Shown: positions 11,934-21,210 of the stretch, piece after piece | Position numbering within the stretch: position 1 is the stretch's first letter | How the letters are laid out: the number at the start of each line of letters is the position of its first letter | From: an uncultured Clostridia bacterium | Lineage (GTDB): Bacteria > Bacillota > Clostridia > TANB77 > CAG-508 | NCBI GenBank assembly: GCA_947624925.1 | Contig: CANQMG010000002.1 | Location: forward strand, 1-41,803 | DNA: 41,803 nucleotides | Direction: 5' to 3' | Translations under genes and position numbers: made by a program | Notes under the pieces: generated by a model | What the model saw: only the letters and a program-made list of their open reading frames with translations | The model's database searches: none | Told to the model about the DNA's origin: nothing

Positions 11934-11963
11934 ATGTGAAACTATTTTCATTTAGTTTCACAT
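11934..11963. terminator. Bidirectional terminator-like hairpin between yunB and the hrcA promoter
   Basis: ATGTGAAACTA-loop-TAGTTTCACAT, flanked by an A-run on one side and a T-run on the other. Confidence 0.6.
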
Positions 11964-11989
11964 TTTTAATTTTAGCTATTTCTTCGACA

Positions 11990-12058
11990 GTGGAAAATGG
12001 GACGGTTCTCTTTTCCACGCAATTTTTGAGTGGAAAAGAGAACCGTCCCATTTTCCAC
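11990..12058. repeat. Perfect 29-bp inverted repeat with 11-nt spacer (nested palindrome)
   Basis: GTGGAAAATGGGACGGTTCTCTTTTCCAC (11990..12018), GCAATTTTTGA, then GTGGAAAAGAGAACCGTCCCATTTTCCAC (12030..12058). Each arm itself begins with GTGGAAAA and ends with TTTTCCAC. The element is GC-richer than its surroundings. Confidence 0.9.
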
Positions 12059-12069
12059 CCCCACTTTTT

Positions 12070-12786
12070 TTAATTTTGTAATACATCTAACAAATTATCA
12101 TTTTGCATTCCCTCTAAATTATAATATGTTGATGGTATATTTCCTACTATTATATTTTCTGCTATTATTAGTTGATTATTTATAGTTTCATTTATCGTTT
12201 TAAATGGTGTTAATATTGATACCTCACATACTATGTCTAGATATACTCTATGTAATGTTTGGTTTATTCCTTGACTTATAAATTCACTTCTAAAATCTGT
12301 TTCTATATTTCCTATAGTTGAAATCTCTATTGGTATATCTGGTCCCATTCCTGAAAATATATTTATTCCAGTTATACTTCCCAACTTTATAGAAACATCT
12401 TGTTTTTTAGAATCATTTAATGCATCTTGTATATATAAAGCTACATCAGAAATTATTTTGTTTATATTTACTATATTTGATTCTATCATTGTAATATTGT
12501 TGTTATCATCTTTATGTATTTTAACTATATCTGAATATTCATATGTATTCATTACTTCTGTTGCTTTTTGGTTTGTTACTGTTGTTGCAACAGCCTTTGC
12601 CTTATCTATACATAATCTTTCAAATATTGGCATTATGGAATTAAGTATTACAGAAAATGTTATAACAGCAATTGTCATTATCCATATTATTATTGAAAAT
12701 TTTTTTATCTTTATAGGTTTTATTCCTCTGTTCGAAGAATGTATTTGTGGAAATTTAATTCTAGGTCTTGAATAAATTTTATCCAT
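12070..12786 (-). CDS. yunB: Sporulation protein YunB
   Basis: N-terminal TM helix. The C-terminal pattern LGSITGINIFSGMGPDIPIEISTIG...GINQTLHRVYLDIVCEVSILTPF matches my recollection of B. subtilis YunB (IPLGQVTGNSLLGNLGPKIPV...). The start is moved to ATG 12786, because the GTG used by the track is part of the SD AGAGGTG. Confidence 0.75.
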   Translation of the reverse strand: MDKIYSRPRIKFPQIHSSNRGIKPIKIKKFSIIIWIMTIAVITFSVILNSIMPIFERLCIDKAKAVATTVTNQKATEVMNTYEYSDIVKIHKDDNNNITMIESNIVNINKIISDVALYIQDALNDSKKQDVSIKLGSITGINIFSGMGPDIPIEISTIGNIETDFRSEFISQGINQTLHRVYLDIVCEVSILTPFKTINETINNQLIIAENIIVGNIPSTYYNLEGMQNDNLLDVLQN

Positions 12787-12803
12787 ATTCACCTCTATAA
12801 GTT

Positions 12804-12832
12804 AAAGCAGACAAAAGAGATTTGTCTGCTTT
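12804..12832 (-). terminator. Terminator hairpin after the DUF3794/LysM gene
   Basis: AAAGCAGACAAA-AGAGA-TTTGTCTGCTTT, a perfect 12-bp stem. Confidence 0.6.
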
Positions 12833-12862
12833 ATATTATCTCTCATAAAATCTTATTATATT

Positions 12863-14416
12863 TTATGCAGAGACTCTTGAATTTGATATTGTATATCTAG
12901 GAATAAATAATTGCATTCCAACATTTATTTTATTTACATCTTGTATATTGTTAATACTAGCAATATCATCTATAGTGGTCTTAAATCTTTTGGCAATTTT
13001 CCATAATGTATCTCCCTGTCTTGTAAAATATATAACCATACTGTATACTTTATCATCTCTATTTTCTTGTATTTCAACACTATCTATTATATTAATATTT
13101 ATATTATCTGACATATTTAGGTTAAACTCTAAATCTACTGTACTATCAATGGTTCCATCAGATAAAACTATGAAACTTTGATTTGTAACTTTTACTGTAT
13201 TTTCTATATTTTTATTATTATTTATTTCTTCTGATTCAATAGTAAATTCAAATGGCAAACTATAATTTCCAATTTCTAATGCATTTTCATTATTTGAACT
13301 AAATAAAAATTTTAATTTTAACTCTCCCTCATATTGAATTCTACCATTTAATACATTAGTATTATTAATTGCTGGACTTACTTCTACATCATAAATTTTA
13401 TTATTTCCAATTTGTGGCATATTTATTTTTTCTTTTACGCTATATAACTCCTTTTTGCAACATTTATTAGACATTGTTTCTATATTTTTTTGTGTAAAAT
13501 TAACATCACATGTTGGACTATACATATCTTGTATTATGCTTATATCTTTTTTCTTATATGCTTTGCATTTTAGCTCTATTTCAGCCTCCACATATATAGA
13601 ATGTTCTTCTGCAGAATTTGGTTTTATTATTAAATTTCTTAAATCATATTTTACTTCACAAATATCCTCATCACTAATACCAGCTATATCTATGAATCCC
13701 ATAATAGGTATTGTATTTTCTATTGTTTTAATTGTTCCATCATCTGTTAAATACATTATTTTTACATTTGCATCTGCTTTTAGTAATGCTTTGTTATAAC
13801 TTGTTTTCATATCTTGGTTTATTATATCAAATTTAACTTTTAAAATTTCTGCTAAATTATCTGTATTATCTATTACAATAGTATCTTTTGCATATGTTTT
13901 AGAAACACCAGAGCCTACAATATTGTTAATTGGTATATTTTCTACTAATGTTTGTATATTTTCTATATTATTTATTCCATTTAAAATTTCTATATTTTCA
14001 TTTGAATAAATTTTTGCATCTAGGCCTATTGCTACTTTTATGCCTATTTTTCTACCATTTATAATTTTGCATTCTATTGATTTTATTTCTAGATTTGCAT
14101 CTAATTCCATATTACTCATACAATTGTCCATATCTATAATTTGAGTAAAATCTAAATTAGTATTTAGACCTCTAATTAAATCAGATTGTGAATCAGCTAA
14201 ATACATTATGTATAAATTTACGTTACCATCTATTCTTATTTTTCCATCTGATGCTTCCTTTTTATATGCACATACATTTCCTGAAGTATCTATTACATTT
14301 ATAATATCTGGTTTAATGTCTGGAATTATCATATCACCTTCAACAAAAAACATATCACCTTTGCTTGAAACAAGTTTATTAACATTTAAACTTTCTTTAC
14401 TCATATCTACTTCCAT
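12863..14416 (-). CDS. DUF3794 (SPOCS)-repeat protein with C-terminal LysM domain, probably spore-envelope associated
   Basis: The C-terminus YFTRQGDTLWKIAKRFKTTIDDIASINNIQDVNKINVGMQLFIP is a LysM domain. The long N/I/D-rich beta-type N-terminal region resembles the SPOCS/DUF3794 proteins of clostridia. SD GGGAGG lies 7 nt before the ATG. The gene sits between veg and yunB. Confidence 0.6.
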   Translation of the reverse strand: MEVDMSKESLNVNKLVSSKGDMFFVEGDMIIPDIKPDIINVIDTSGNVCAYKKEASDGKIRIDGNVNLYIMYLADSQSDLIRGLNTNLDFTQIIDMDNCMSNMELDANLEIKSIECKIINGRKIGIKVAIGLDAKIYSNENIEILNGINNIENIQTLVENIPINNIVGSGVSKTYAKDTIVIDNTDNLAEILKVKFDIINQDMKTSYNKALLKADANVKIMYLTDDGTIKTIENTIPIMGFIDIAGISDEDICEVKYDLRNLIIKPNSAEEHSIYVEAEIELKCKAYKKKDISIIQDMYSPTCDVNFTQKNIETMSNKCCKKELYSVKEKINMPQIGNNKIYDVEVSPAINNTNVLNGRIQYEGELKLKFLFSSNNENALEIGNYSLPFEFTIESEEINNNKNIENTVKVTNQSFIVLSDGTIDSTVDLEFNLNMSDNININIIDSVEIQENRDDKVYSMVIYFTRQGDTLWKIAKRFKTTIDDIASINNIQDVNKINVGMQLFIPRYTISNSRVSA

Positions 14417-14465
14417 TATATTACCTCCCGATTTTTTCTTAGTTCATTATATTATGGACATAAAA

Positions 14466-14491
14466 AAAAATTCCTATTTCTAGGAATTTTT
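14466..14491 (-). terminator. Intrinsic terminator after veg
   Basis: AAAAATTCCTA-TTTC-TAGGAATTTTT. On the minus strand the stem is followed by a 9-U run. Confidence 0.75.
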
Positions 14492-14501
14492 ATAATATTT
14501 A

Positions 14502-14792
14502 TTAAATTTTTTGTTTTTTCAAATCCATAGTTTGTGGAATTAATGAACTATATCCCTCTCCATCAAAAACTTGGACATCAACTGCTCTAGTAAGAACATC
14601 TTTATAGCTATATGTAACATTTCTTTCATTGTCATCATATTTAACTATAAATAAATTAGGATAAGTTTTTTCTATGGTTGCTTCTTTCTCAAAAAATTTA
14701 CTTCTTCCTATTGTACCTTTAACAATTATCTTTTGTCCAATTTTTTCTGTAATATCTGTTTTTAAGTTTGCTATATCATTTGGTAAAATCAT
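14502..14792 (-). CDS. veg: Veg protein (DUF1021)
   Basis: IGQKIIVKGTIGRSKFFEKEATIEKTYPNLFIVKYDDNERNVTYSYKDVLT matches the Veg family pattern (...GGRRK..E..G.L...YPS.F.....E...RVSYSY.D.LT). It is adjacent to yabG, as in Bacillus. The start is set at ATG 14792, 5 nt after the SD TAGGTGA. Confidence 0.85.
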   Translation of the reverse strand: MILPNDIANLKTDITEKIGQKIIVKGTIGRSKFFEKEATIEKTYPNLFIVKYDDNERNVTYSYKDVLTRAVDVQVFDGEGYSSLIPQTMDLKKQKI

Positions 14793-14822
14793 TTTGATCA
14801 CCTACTTTTTTAAGATAACCAA

Positions 14823-14851
14823 ATTATATCATTAGTTTAGTAATTTGTCAA
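14823..14851 (-). promoter_or_regulatory. veg promoter, perfect sigma-A consensus
   Basis: The minus strand reads TTGACA (14851..14846), a 17-nt spacer, then TATAAT (14828..14823). The -10 is preceded by TGA, giving an extended -10 (TGnTATAAT). Confidence 0.8.
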
Positions 14852-14966
14852 AGTTAGTAACATTATGTCTAATTCTTGTAAACCTATATATTTCAATAAT
14901 TTTCAGACTTAACTTGTAGAATTATTACATTTTTGTTACAATATTGTTACATTTGTATTTCGTTTG

Positions 14967-15809
14967 CTATATCCTTTTCTTTTTGCCTCTTGCACCACTT
15001 CCACTAACACCCATTCTACCATCTCTTAATTCACCTTCTACATCATTTATAGTTATATATCTATCTTCATCTGTAGTAGCAACTTTTTCAGCTATAACCA
15101 AGGGGTCCATAAAATCTATTAAAATTCTAGCAGGTGAAGATGCAAAATTTGCACCAGCTGCCATTATTGCCTCAAAAAAGCTTTGGCATGCACCAGCAAA
15201 AATAATTAATTCATTACTATATGGAATGCATTGTCTTGCAATTCTGACTGTATTTATAAAATACCTGGAATTTCTATAATTCATAATATCATTATAGCCT
15301 GTTCCATTTTTTATCATTCCATCATGTCCTGTTATAATCAATATATCTGGATTATATTGTCGTATTAAACTTTCTACTACTCTTTCTTGCCTATTTTCTG
15401 GAATATTTCTTACTACAGCATTTAGCCCCATCTTTTTATAATATCTACTTGATTTTTCACTATATCTTCTATCTCCATCTAAGTGTAATATATCACCTGT
15501 TTTTATCTTTTCACTTCTTTTAAATAACTTATTTTTAATTATTCGTGTTGTATCTCTACTACTATTACAGTTTACCTTATTAACTATATCTTCTAACCTA
15601 TTTTCAAATTTTTGTGTATATTTAATAACTTCATCTTTTTCAATTAATTCTAAATCTTCAATTTCGGCATCTGCCAATATTCTAACAGTAAGTCCTTTTA
15701 ATATAACTATAGACTTATCACTTATACTAATTATTCTTTCGACAAAAAATAAAATATCTTTATTATATGATTTTCTACCAACAATATCCCCTTTTTTAAT
15801 ATCTTTCAT
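14967..15809 (-). CDS. yabG: Sporulation-specific protease YabG
   Basis: 280 aa with the typical N-terminus MKDIKKGDIVGRKSYNKDILF and core DILIITGHDGM...NYRNSRYF. Synteny with veg supports the call. Confidence 0.85.
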   Translation of the reverse strand: MKDIKKGDIVGRKSYNKDILFFVERIISISDKSIVILKGLTVRILADAEIEDLELIEKDEVIKYTQKFENRLEDIVNKVNCNSSRDTTRIIKNKLFKRSEKIKTGDILHLDGDRRYSEKSSRYYKKMGLNAVVRNIPENRQERVVESLIRQYNPDILIITGHDGMIKNGTGYNDIMNYRNSRYFINTVRIARQCIPYSNELIIFAGACQSFFEAIMAAGANFASSPARILIDFMDPLVIAEKVATTDEDRYITINDVEGELRDGRMGVSGSGARGKKKRI

Positions 15810-15873
15810 ATAAAATCACTCCATATTATAAATCCCTCATATATTTTATGTCGGATTTTGTAATATGGTGTAA

Positions 15874-15954
15874 TATAACAACTAGGACGGAGATTTTTGA
15901 AAAACATAATTTATAAATAAAATTACATCAAAAATCTCCGTCCTAGTTGTTATA
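15874..15954. repeat. Perfect 27-bp inverted repeat with 27-nt spacer
   Basis: TATAACAACTAGGACGGAGATTTTTGA (15874..15900), a 27-nt AT-only loop, then TCAAAAATCTCCGTCCTAGTTGTTATA (15928..15954). It begins 3 nt after the rng stop codon and has no U-tract on either strand. Confidence 0.9.
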
Positions 15955-15957
15955 AAT

Positions 15958-17145
15958 TTAATCATTGCTACATATATGTTTTCTAGTTAATTCCAATAAA
16001 TTTAATTTAGAAAAACCTATTACTTGAGTTTTAGATCTATCTTTTTTTAGATTTTCTTCTAAAATTTGTATAATTTTTTTCTTGTTTTCTGTTTCGTGCA
16101 TATCAATATAATCAATAATTACTATTCCGCCTATATCCTTTAATCTAAGCTGTTTTGCAATCTCTATACTAGCTTCTTTATTAACTAAAAATACCGTTTG
16201 TTCTAATTTCTCTTTACCTATATATTTACCCGAATTTACATCTATAGCTGTAAGAGCCTCTGTTTTATCGATGGTTATAAATCCACCACATTTTAACCAT
16301 ATTTTTCTTTTGTCTGCTCTTTCTATTTGCTCATTTAAGTTATATATAGATAATATATCTTTATTTTTTTCTAGCACTATTTCTATATTATGATTAGGTT
16401 CTATTTGATTCAATAAATTAGTAATATATTCATATATTTCTTCATCATCTACTACAATTTTACCTATATCATGATCTATTAAATCAATTATTATTTTTTT
16501 TATTATTCCATGAGATTTATAAATTAGCCTTGGATAATTTTTTGTATTGCTTGAGATTCTTTTTATATCGCTCCATTTTTTTAGCAATATATTTAAATCT
16601 CTTTCTAATTCTTCTTTTTTTCTATTTATAGATGAAGTTCTAATAATAGCACCAAAATTTTCTGGCAATATTTCTTTAACAATATTAATTAATCTTTCTT
16701 TCTCTTTATCATCTTCTATTTTTTGAGAAATTGTAACAATATCTGTTTCTGGCATTAATATTAAAAATCTACTAGTTAAGCTTATATGGGTAGTTGCCTT
16801 TGCACCCTTTTTATTAGCAGCATCTCTCAAAATTTGTACAAGAATTGGCATACCAGGTCTTATAACTTCTTTAATATTTTTTTTGTTAATTTCATTATTA
16901 TTTTCTTTTTTTATATCAAATTTAGGCATTATATCTTTTAAGTGTATAAAAGTATTTTTTTTACATCCAATATCTATAAAAGCTGCTTGAAGTCCAGGTA
17001 ATACATTTGATACCCTACCTAAATATATGTTTCCTTCTAATCTATTTCGTTCTTGATTTTCTTCGTATTTTTCAGTTAATATTCCATTTTCTATTAATGC
17101 AATTATTTTTACATCATTTTTTTTGCTAATAAATATTTCTTTCAT
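15958..17145 (-). CDS. rng: Rne/Rng family ribonuclease (short RNase G-like, 395 aa)
   Basis: S1 domain GNIYLGRVSNVLPGLQAAFIDIG and the catalytic-core pattern GGFITIDKTEALTAIDVNSGK...GGIVIIDYIDM. Confidence 0.85.
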   Translation of the reverse strand: MKEIFISKKNDVKIIALIENGILTEKYEENQERNRLEGNIYLGRVSNVLPGLQAAFIDIGCKKNTFIHLKDIMPKFDIKKENNNEINKKNIKEVIRPGMPILVQILRDAANKKGAKATTHISLTSRFLILMPETDIVTISQKIEDDKEKERLINIVKEILPENFGAIIRTSSINRKKEELERDLNILLKKWSDIKRISSNTKNYPRLIYKSHGIIKKIIIDLIDHDIGKIVVDDEEIYEYITNLLNQIEPNHNIEIVLEKNKDILSIYNLNEQIERADKRKIWLKCGGFITIDKTEALTAIDVNSGKYIGKEKLEQTVFLVNKEASIEIAKQLRLKDIGGIVIIDYIDMHETENKKKIIQILEENLKKDRSKTQVIGFSKLNLLELTRKHICSND

Positions 17146-17171
17146 TTTATGTCCTTTCTATTTAAGATATA

Positions 17172-17729
17172 TTAATTGTATAGATTCATTGCAGAATCTA
17201 CACCATTTTGTATTATTTGTGTTACTGCTTGTCCTGCTTTTTTTATTCCATTTTTTAATATATTATATTCTTCTTCAGGTATTTTATTTAGTAGATAATC
17301 TAATAAATCATTTTTATACTCTGGTTGTCCTATTCCAACTCTTATTCTAGTAAAATCCATAAATTTAATTTCATTAATTACAGATTTCATTCCATTATGT
17401 GTTCCAGCACTTCCTTTTTTTCTTATTTTAATTTTTCCATGCATTACATCTAAATCATCATATATAACTATTATATGTTCCCTATCAATTTTATAAAAAT
17501 TGATAAATTTAATAACAGCTTCTCCACTATTATTCATAAATGTCTGTGGCTTTACTAATATAACTTTTTCTTCATTTATATATCCTGTACCATATAAAGC
17601 ATTAAATTTATTTCTATTAACTTCTATTTTATATTCATTAGAAATATTATTGATAACATCAAATCCCATGTTATGCCTTGTTTGTGAATATTTATCTTCA
17701 GGATTTCCTAGTCCAACTATTAAATACAT
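17172..17729 (-). CDS. pth: Peptidyl-tRNA hydrolase
   Basis: MYLIVGLGNPEDKYSQTRHNMGF signature; 185 aa. Confidence 0.95.
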   Translation of the reverse strand: MYLIVGLGNPEDKYSQTRHNMGFDVINNISNEYKIEVNRNKFNALYGTGYINEEKVILVKPQTFMNNSGEAVIKFINFYKIDREHIIVIYDDLDVMHGKIKIRKKGSAGTHNGMKSVINEIKFMDFTRIRVGIGQPEYKNDLLDYLLNKIPEEEYNILKNGIKKAGQAVTQIIQNGVDSAMNLYN

Positions 17730-17965
17730 AATTTATAACCTCATATTTTTGATATCTCTTATGATAATTAACTTTTCTTTACTATTTTAACCTGTTTTTC
17801 TCATATTTACAAGTATATTCCACTAATTTCTTATAAGTTTATAAATTAAAATATTTTTAAAATGAAAATAATAACCTGTTATTATTGATAATAAAAACTC
17901 TACTCCCCCACACAATCAGGGATTGTAAGTGAGTGTCTAAGAACATTGTTGTCGTTTTTAACAAT

Positions 17966-17999
17966 AAAACACCTCATATAATAAAATATAAGGTGTTTT
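17966..17999 (-). terminator. Intrinsic terminator after groEL
   Basis: AAAACACCT...AGGTGTTTT stem. On the minus strand it is followed by UUUUAUUGUU. Confidence 0.75.
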
Positions 18000-18019
18000 A
18001 TATAAAATTTTAATTGTAA

Positions 18020-19669
<1,650 letters not shown>

Positions 19670-19706
19670 TTAATTAATTTCTAATTTAGATAAGTTATAT
19701 TATAAT

Positions 19707-20038
<332 letters not shown>

Positions 20039-20119
20039 TAATCTATACCCATTTTATTATATTGTCAATACTGTTTTTTATTTTTTCACAAAAATTTCAT
20101 ATTGATACTCTCTAAATAT

Positions 20120-20323
20120 TTATTCACTTTTTTCACTTTTAGAACTGTTTGTTTCATTTTTTGTAATTATTTTTAAAGCTTTTGGCCTGTCTAAAACAAT
20201 TACATGTCCACAGCCTAGACATTTTAATTTAAAGTCTACTCCAATTCTGGTTATTTCCCATAATTTACTTCCGCATGGATGTACTTTTTTTGTTCTTACT
20301 ATATCACCTATTTTAAAATCCAT
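20120..20323 (-). CDS. DUF951 family small protein
   Basis: MDFKIGDIVRTKKVHPCGSKLWEITRIGVDFKLKCLGCGHVIVLDR matches the DUF951 pattern. The start is set at ATG 20323, 1 nt after the upstream stop. Confidence 0.75.
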   Translation of the reverse strand: MDFKIGDIVRTKKVHPCGSKLWEITRIGVDFKLKCLGCGHVIVLDRPKALKIITKNETNSSKSEKSE

Positions 20324-20324
20324 A

Positions 20325-20972
20325 TTATACAATTTTCCTTTCAAATATTTCTTCTAATTTCTCTATTCTTTTTTTAATTTTAAAATCTTCTTTATCATTA
20401 ATTTCATACAATTTTGATAATTGTTCTATTTTTCTATCTCTTTCTTCAAACATTTCTTCTATGCTTTCTTCGACCCTTTCAAACAAACCTACAACATTAG
20501 AATTATAACTTGCTAACTTTTTATTAAATTCTTCGTGTTCTCTTTCGTTTCTAGAAAATCTTTCATTCATATCAAATCTCATCTCTATCTGATTTTGCTC
20601 AAGTATATCCATTCTCTTTAGCATTTTGATTTGCATTTCTTTTAAACTACATATATCTTTACACATTCTACCTTCTGATTTTTTTAATTTTTTTATATCG
20701 CCTTTTACATTCTGCATTTGCGCATTTAACTCCGCTACATTTTCTTGTAAAAATGCTACATTTCCCTTTAATTCTGATACATCTTCTTTTAAAACTACTA
20801 CATCTTCCTTTAATTCTGATACATCTTCTTTTAAAACTACTACATCTTCCTTTAATTCTGATACATCTTCATTAAGTCTTTCTACATTTTTCTTTAAAGT
20901 AGTTACATCTTCTTGTAAATTTTCTACTATATTTAATATTTTTTCTAACATAATTGTATTTTTCTCTTCCAT
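20325..20972 (-). CDS. Coiled-coil protein with 14-aa tandem repeats, function unknown
   Basis: The heptad-rich sequence contains EDVSELKEDVVVLK repeated. SD GGAGG lies upstream, preceded by a TTGACT-N17-TATTAT promoter-like sequence. Confidence 0.6.
   Translation of the reverse strand: MEEKNTIMLEKILNIVENLQEDVTTLKKNVERLNEDVSELKEDVVVLKEDVSELKEDVVVLKEDVSELKGNVAFLQENVAELNAQMQNVKGDIKKLKKSEGRMCKDICSLKEMQIKMLKRMDILEQNQIEMRFDMNERFSRNEREHEEFNKKLASYNSNVVGLFERVEESIEEMFEERDRKIEQLSKLYEINDKEDFKIKKRIEKLEEIFERKIV
20766..20870. repeat. Perfect 42-bp tandem repeat, 2.5 copies, inside the coiled-coil gene
   Basis: The unit CTTTAATTCTGATACATCTTCTTTTAAAACTACTACATCTTC occurs at 20766..20807 and 20808..20849, plus its first 21 nt at 20850..20870. 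All copies are identical. Confidence 0.9.
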
Positions 20973-21180
20973 ATGAGCCTCCTTTTTTTATTATAATATA
21001 TTTTTATTTATATAAAGTCAATACTTTTTGACAATTTTTATCACCTTCTTTTTTTAATTTTTTGTTTTTTTGGAAATATATAGAGAAATTTATATTGATT
21101 AAAATTATTAGAATAAAATTCAAATATAGTTTATTATATTTTCTTAATTATTACAATATTTTTTCATCGCAAAATTCGAC

Positions 21181-21210
21181 AAAAAAAACGAAGTATTAAG
21201 TTACTTCGTT
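21181..21210 (-). terminator. Intrinsic terminator after gltX
   Basis: AACGAAGTA-loop-TACTTCGTT abuts the gltX stop. On the minus strand it is followed by UUUUUU. Confidence 0.75.

Noticed and set aside
11983-11989. Exact Spo0A-box heptamer (minus strand TGTCGAA) abutting the 29-bp inverted repeat; another at about 28609..28615
   Set aside because: From base composition, a few exact matches to this 7-mer are expected by chance in 2 x 41.8 kb. Neither copy is positioned sensibly relative to a promoter.
14417-14465. Sigma-K/sigma-E type -10 (CATAATATA) upstream of the DUF3794/LysM gene
   Set aside because: The CATA-N3-TA match stands alone. No AC-type or ATA-type -35 element lies at the required distance, and such matches are frequent in DNA this AT-rich.
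12458-15279. Plus-strand ORFs 12458..12775, 12948..13181, 13455..13799, 14208..14483 and 14944..15279. Similar ones occur elsewhere (5297, 6364, 7700, 8714, 9172, 10937, 17123, 17500, 20626, 21320, 28652, 29157, 37362, 38987, 40754).
   Set aside because: All lie antisense to confidently identified minus-strand genes. They lack SD sequences and have hydrophobic low-complexity translations.
11990-15954. Shared GGACGG core in the two long inverted repeats, hinting at one repeat family
   Set aside because: Only 6-8 nt (T-R-GGACGG) are shared. The arms are otherwise unrelated in sequence, length and loop size. About one chance occurrence of the hexamer is expected in the window. They are kept as two separate observations.
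20766-20870. CRISPR array or mobile element among the repeats
   Set aside because: The 42-bp repeats are contiguous with no spacers and lie in frame inside a gene. The inverted repeats are single hairpins. No cas genes, transposase, integrase or terminal-repeat pairs are present in the window.
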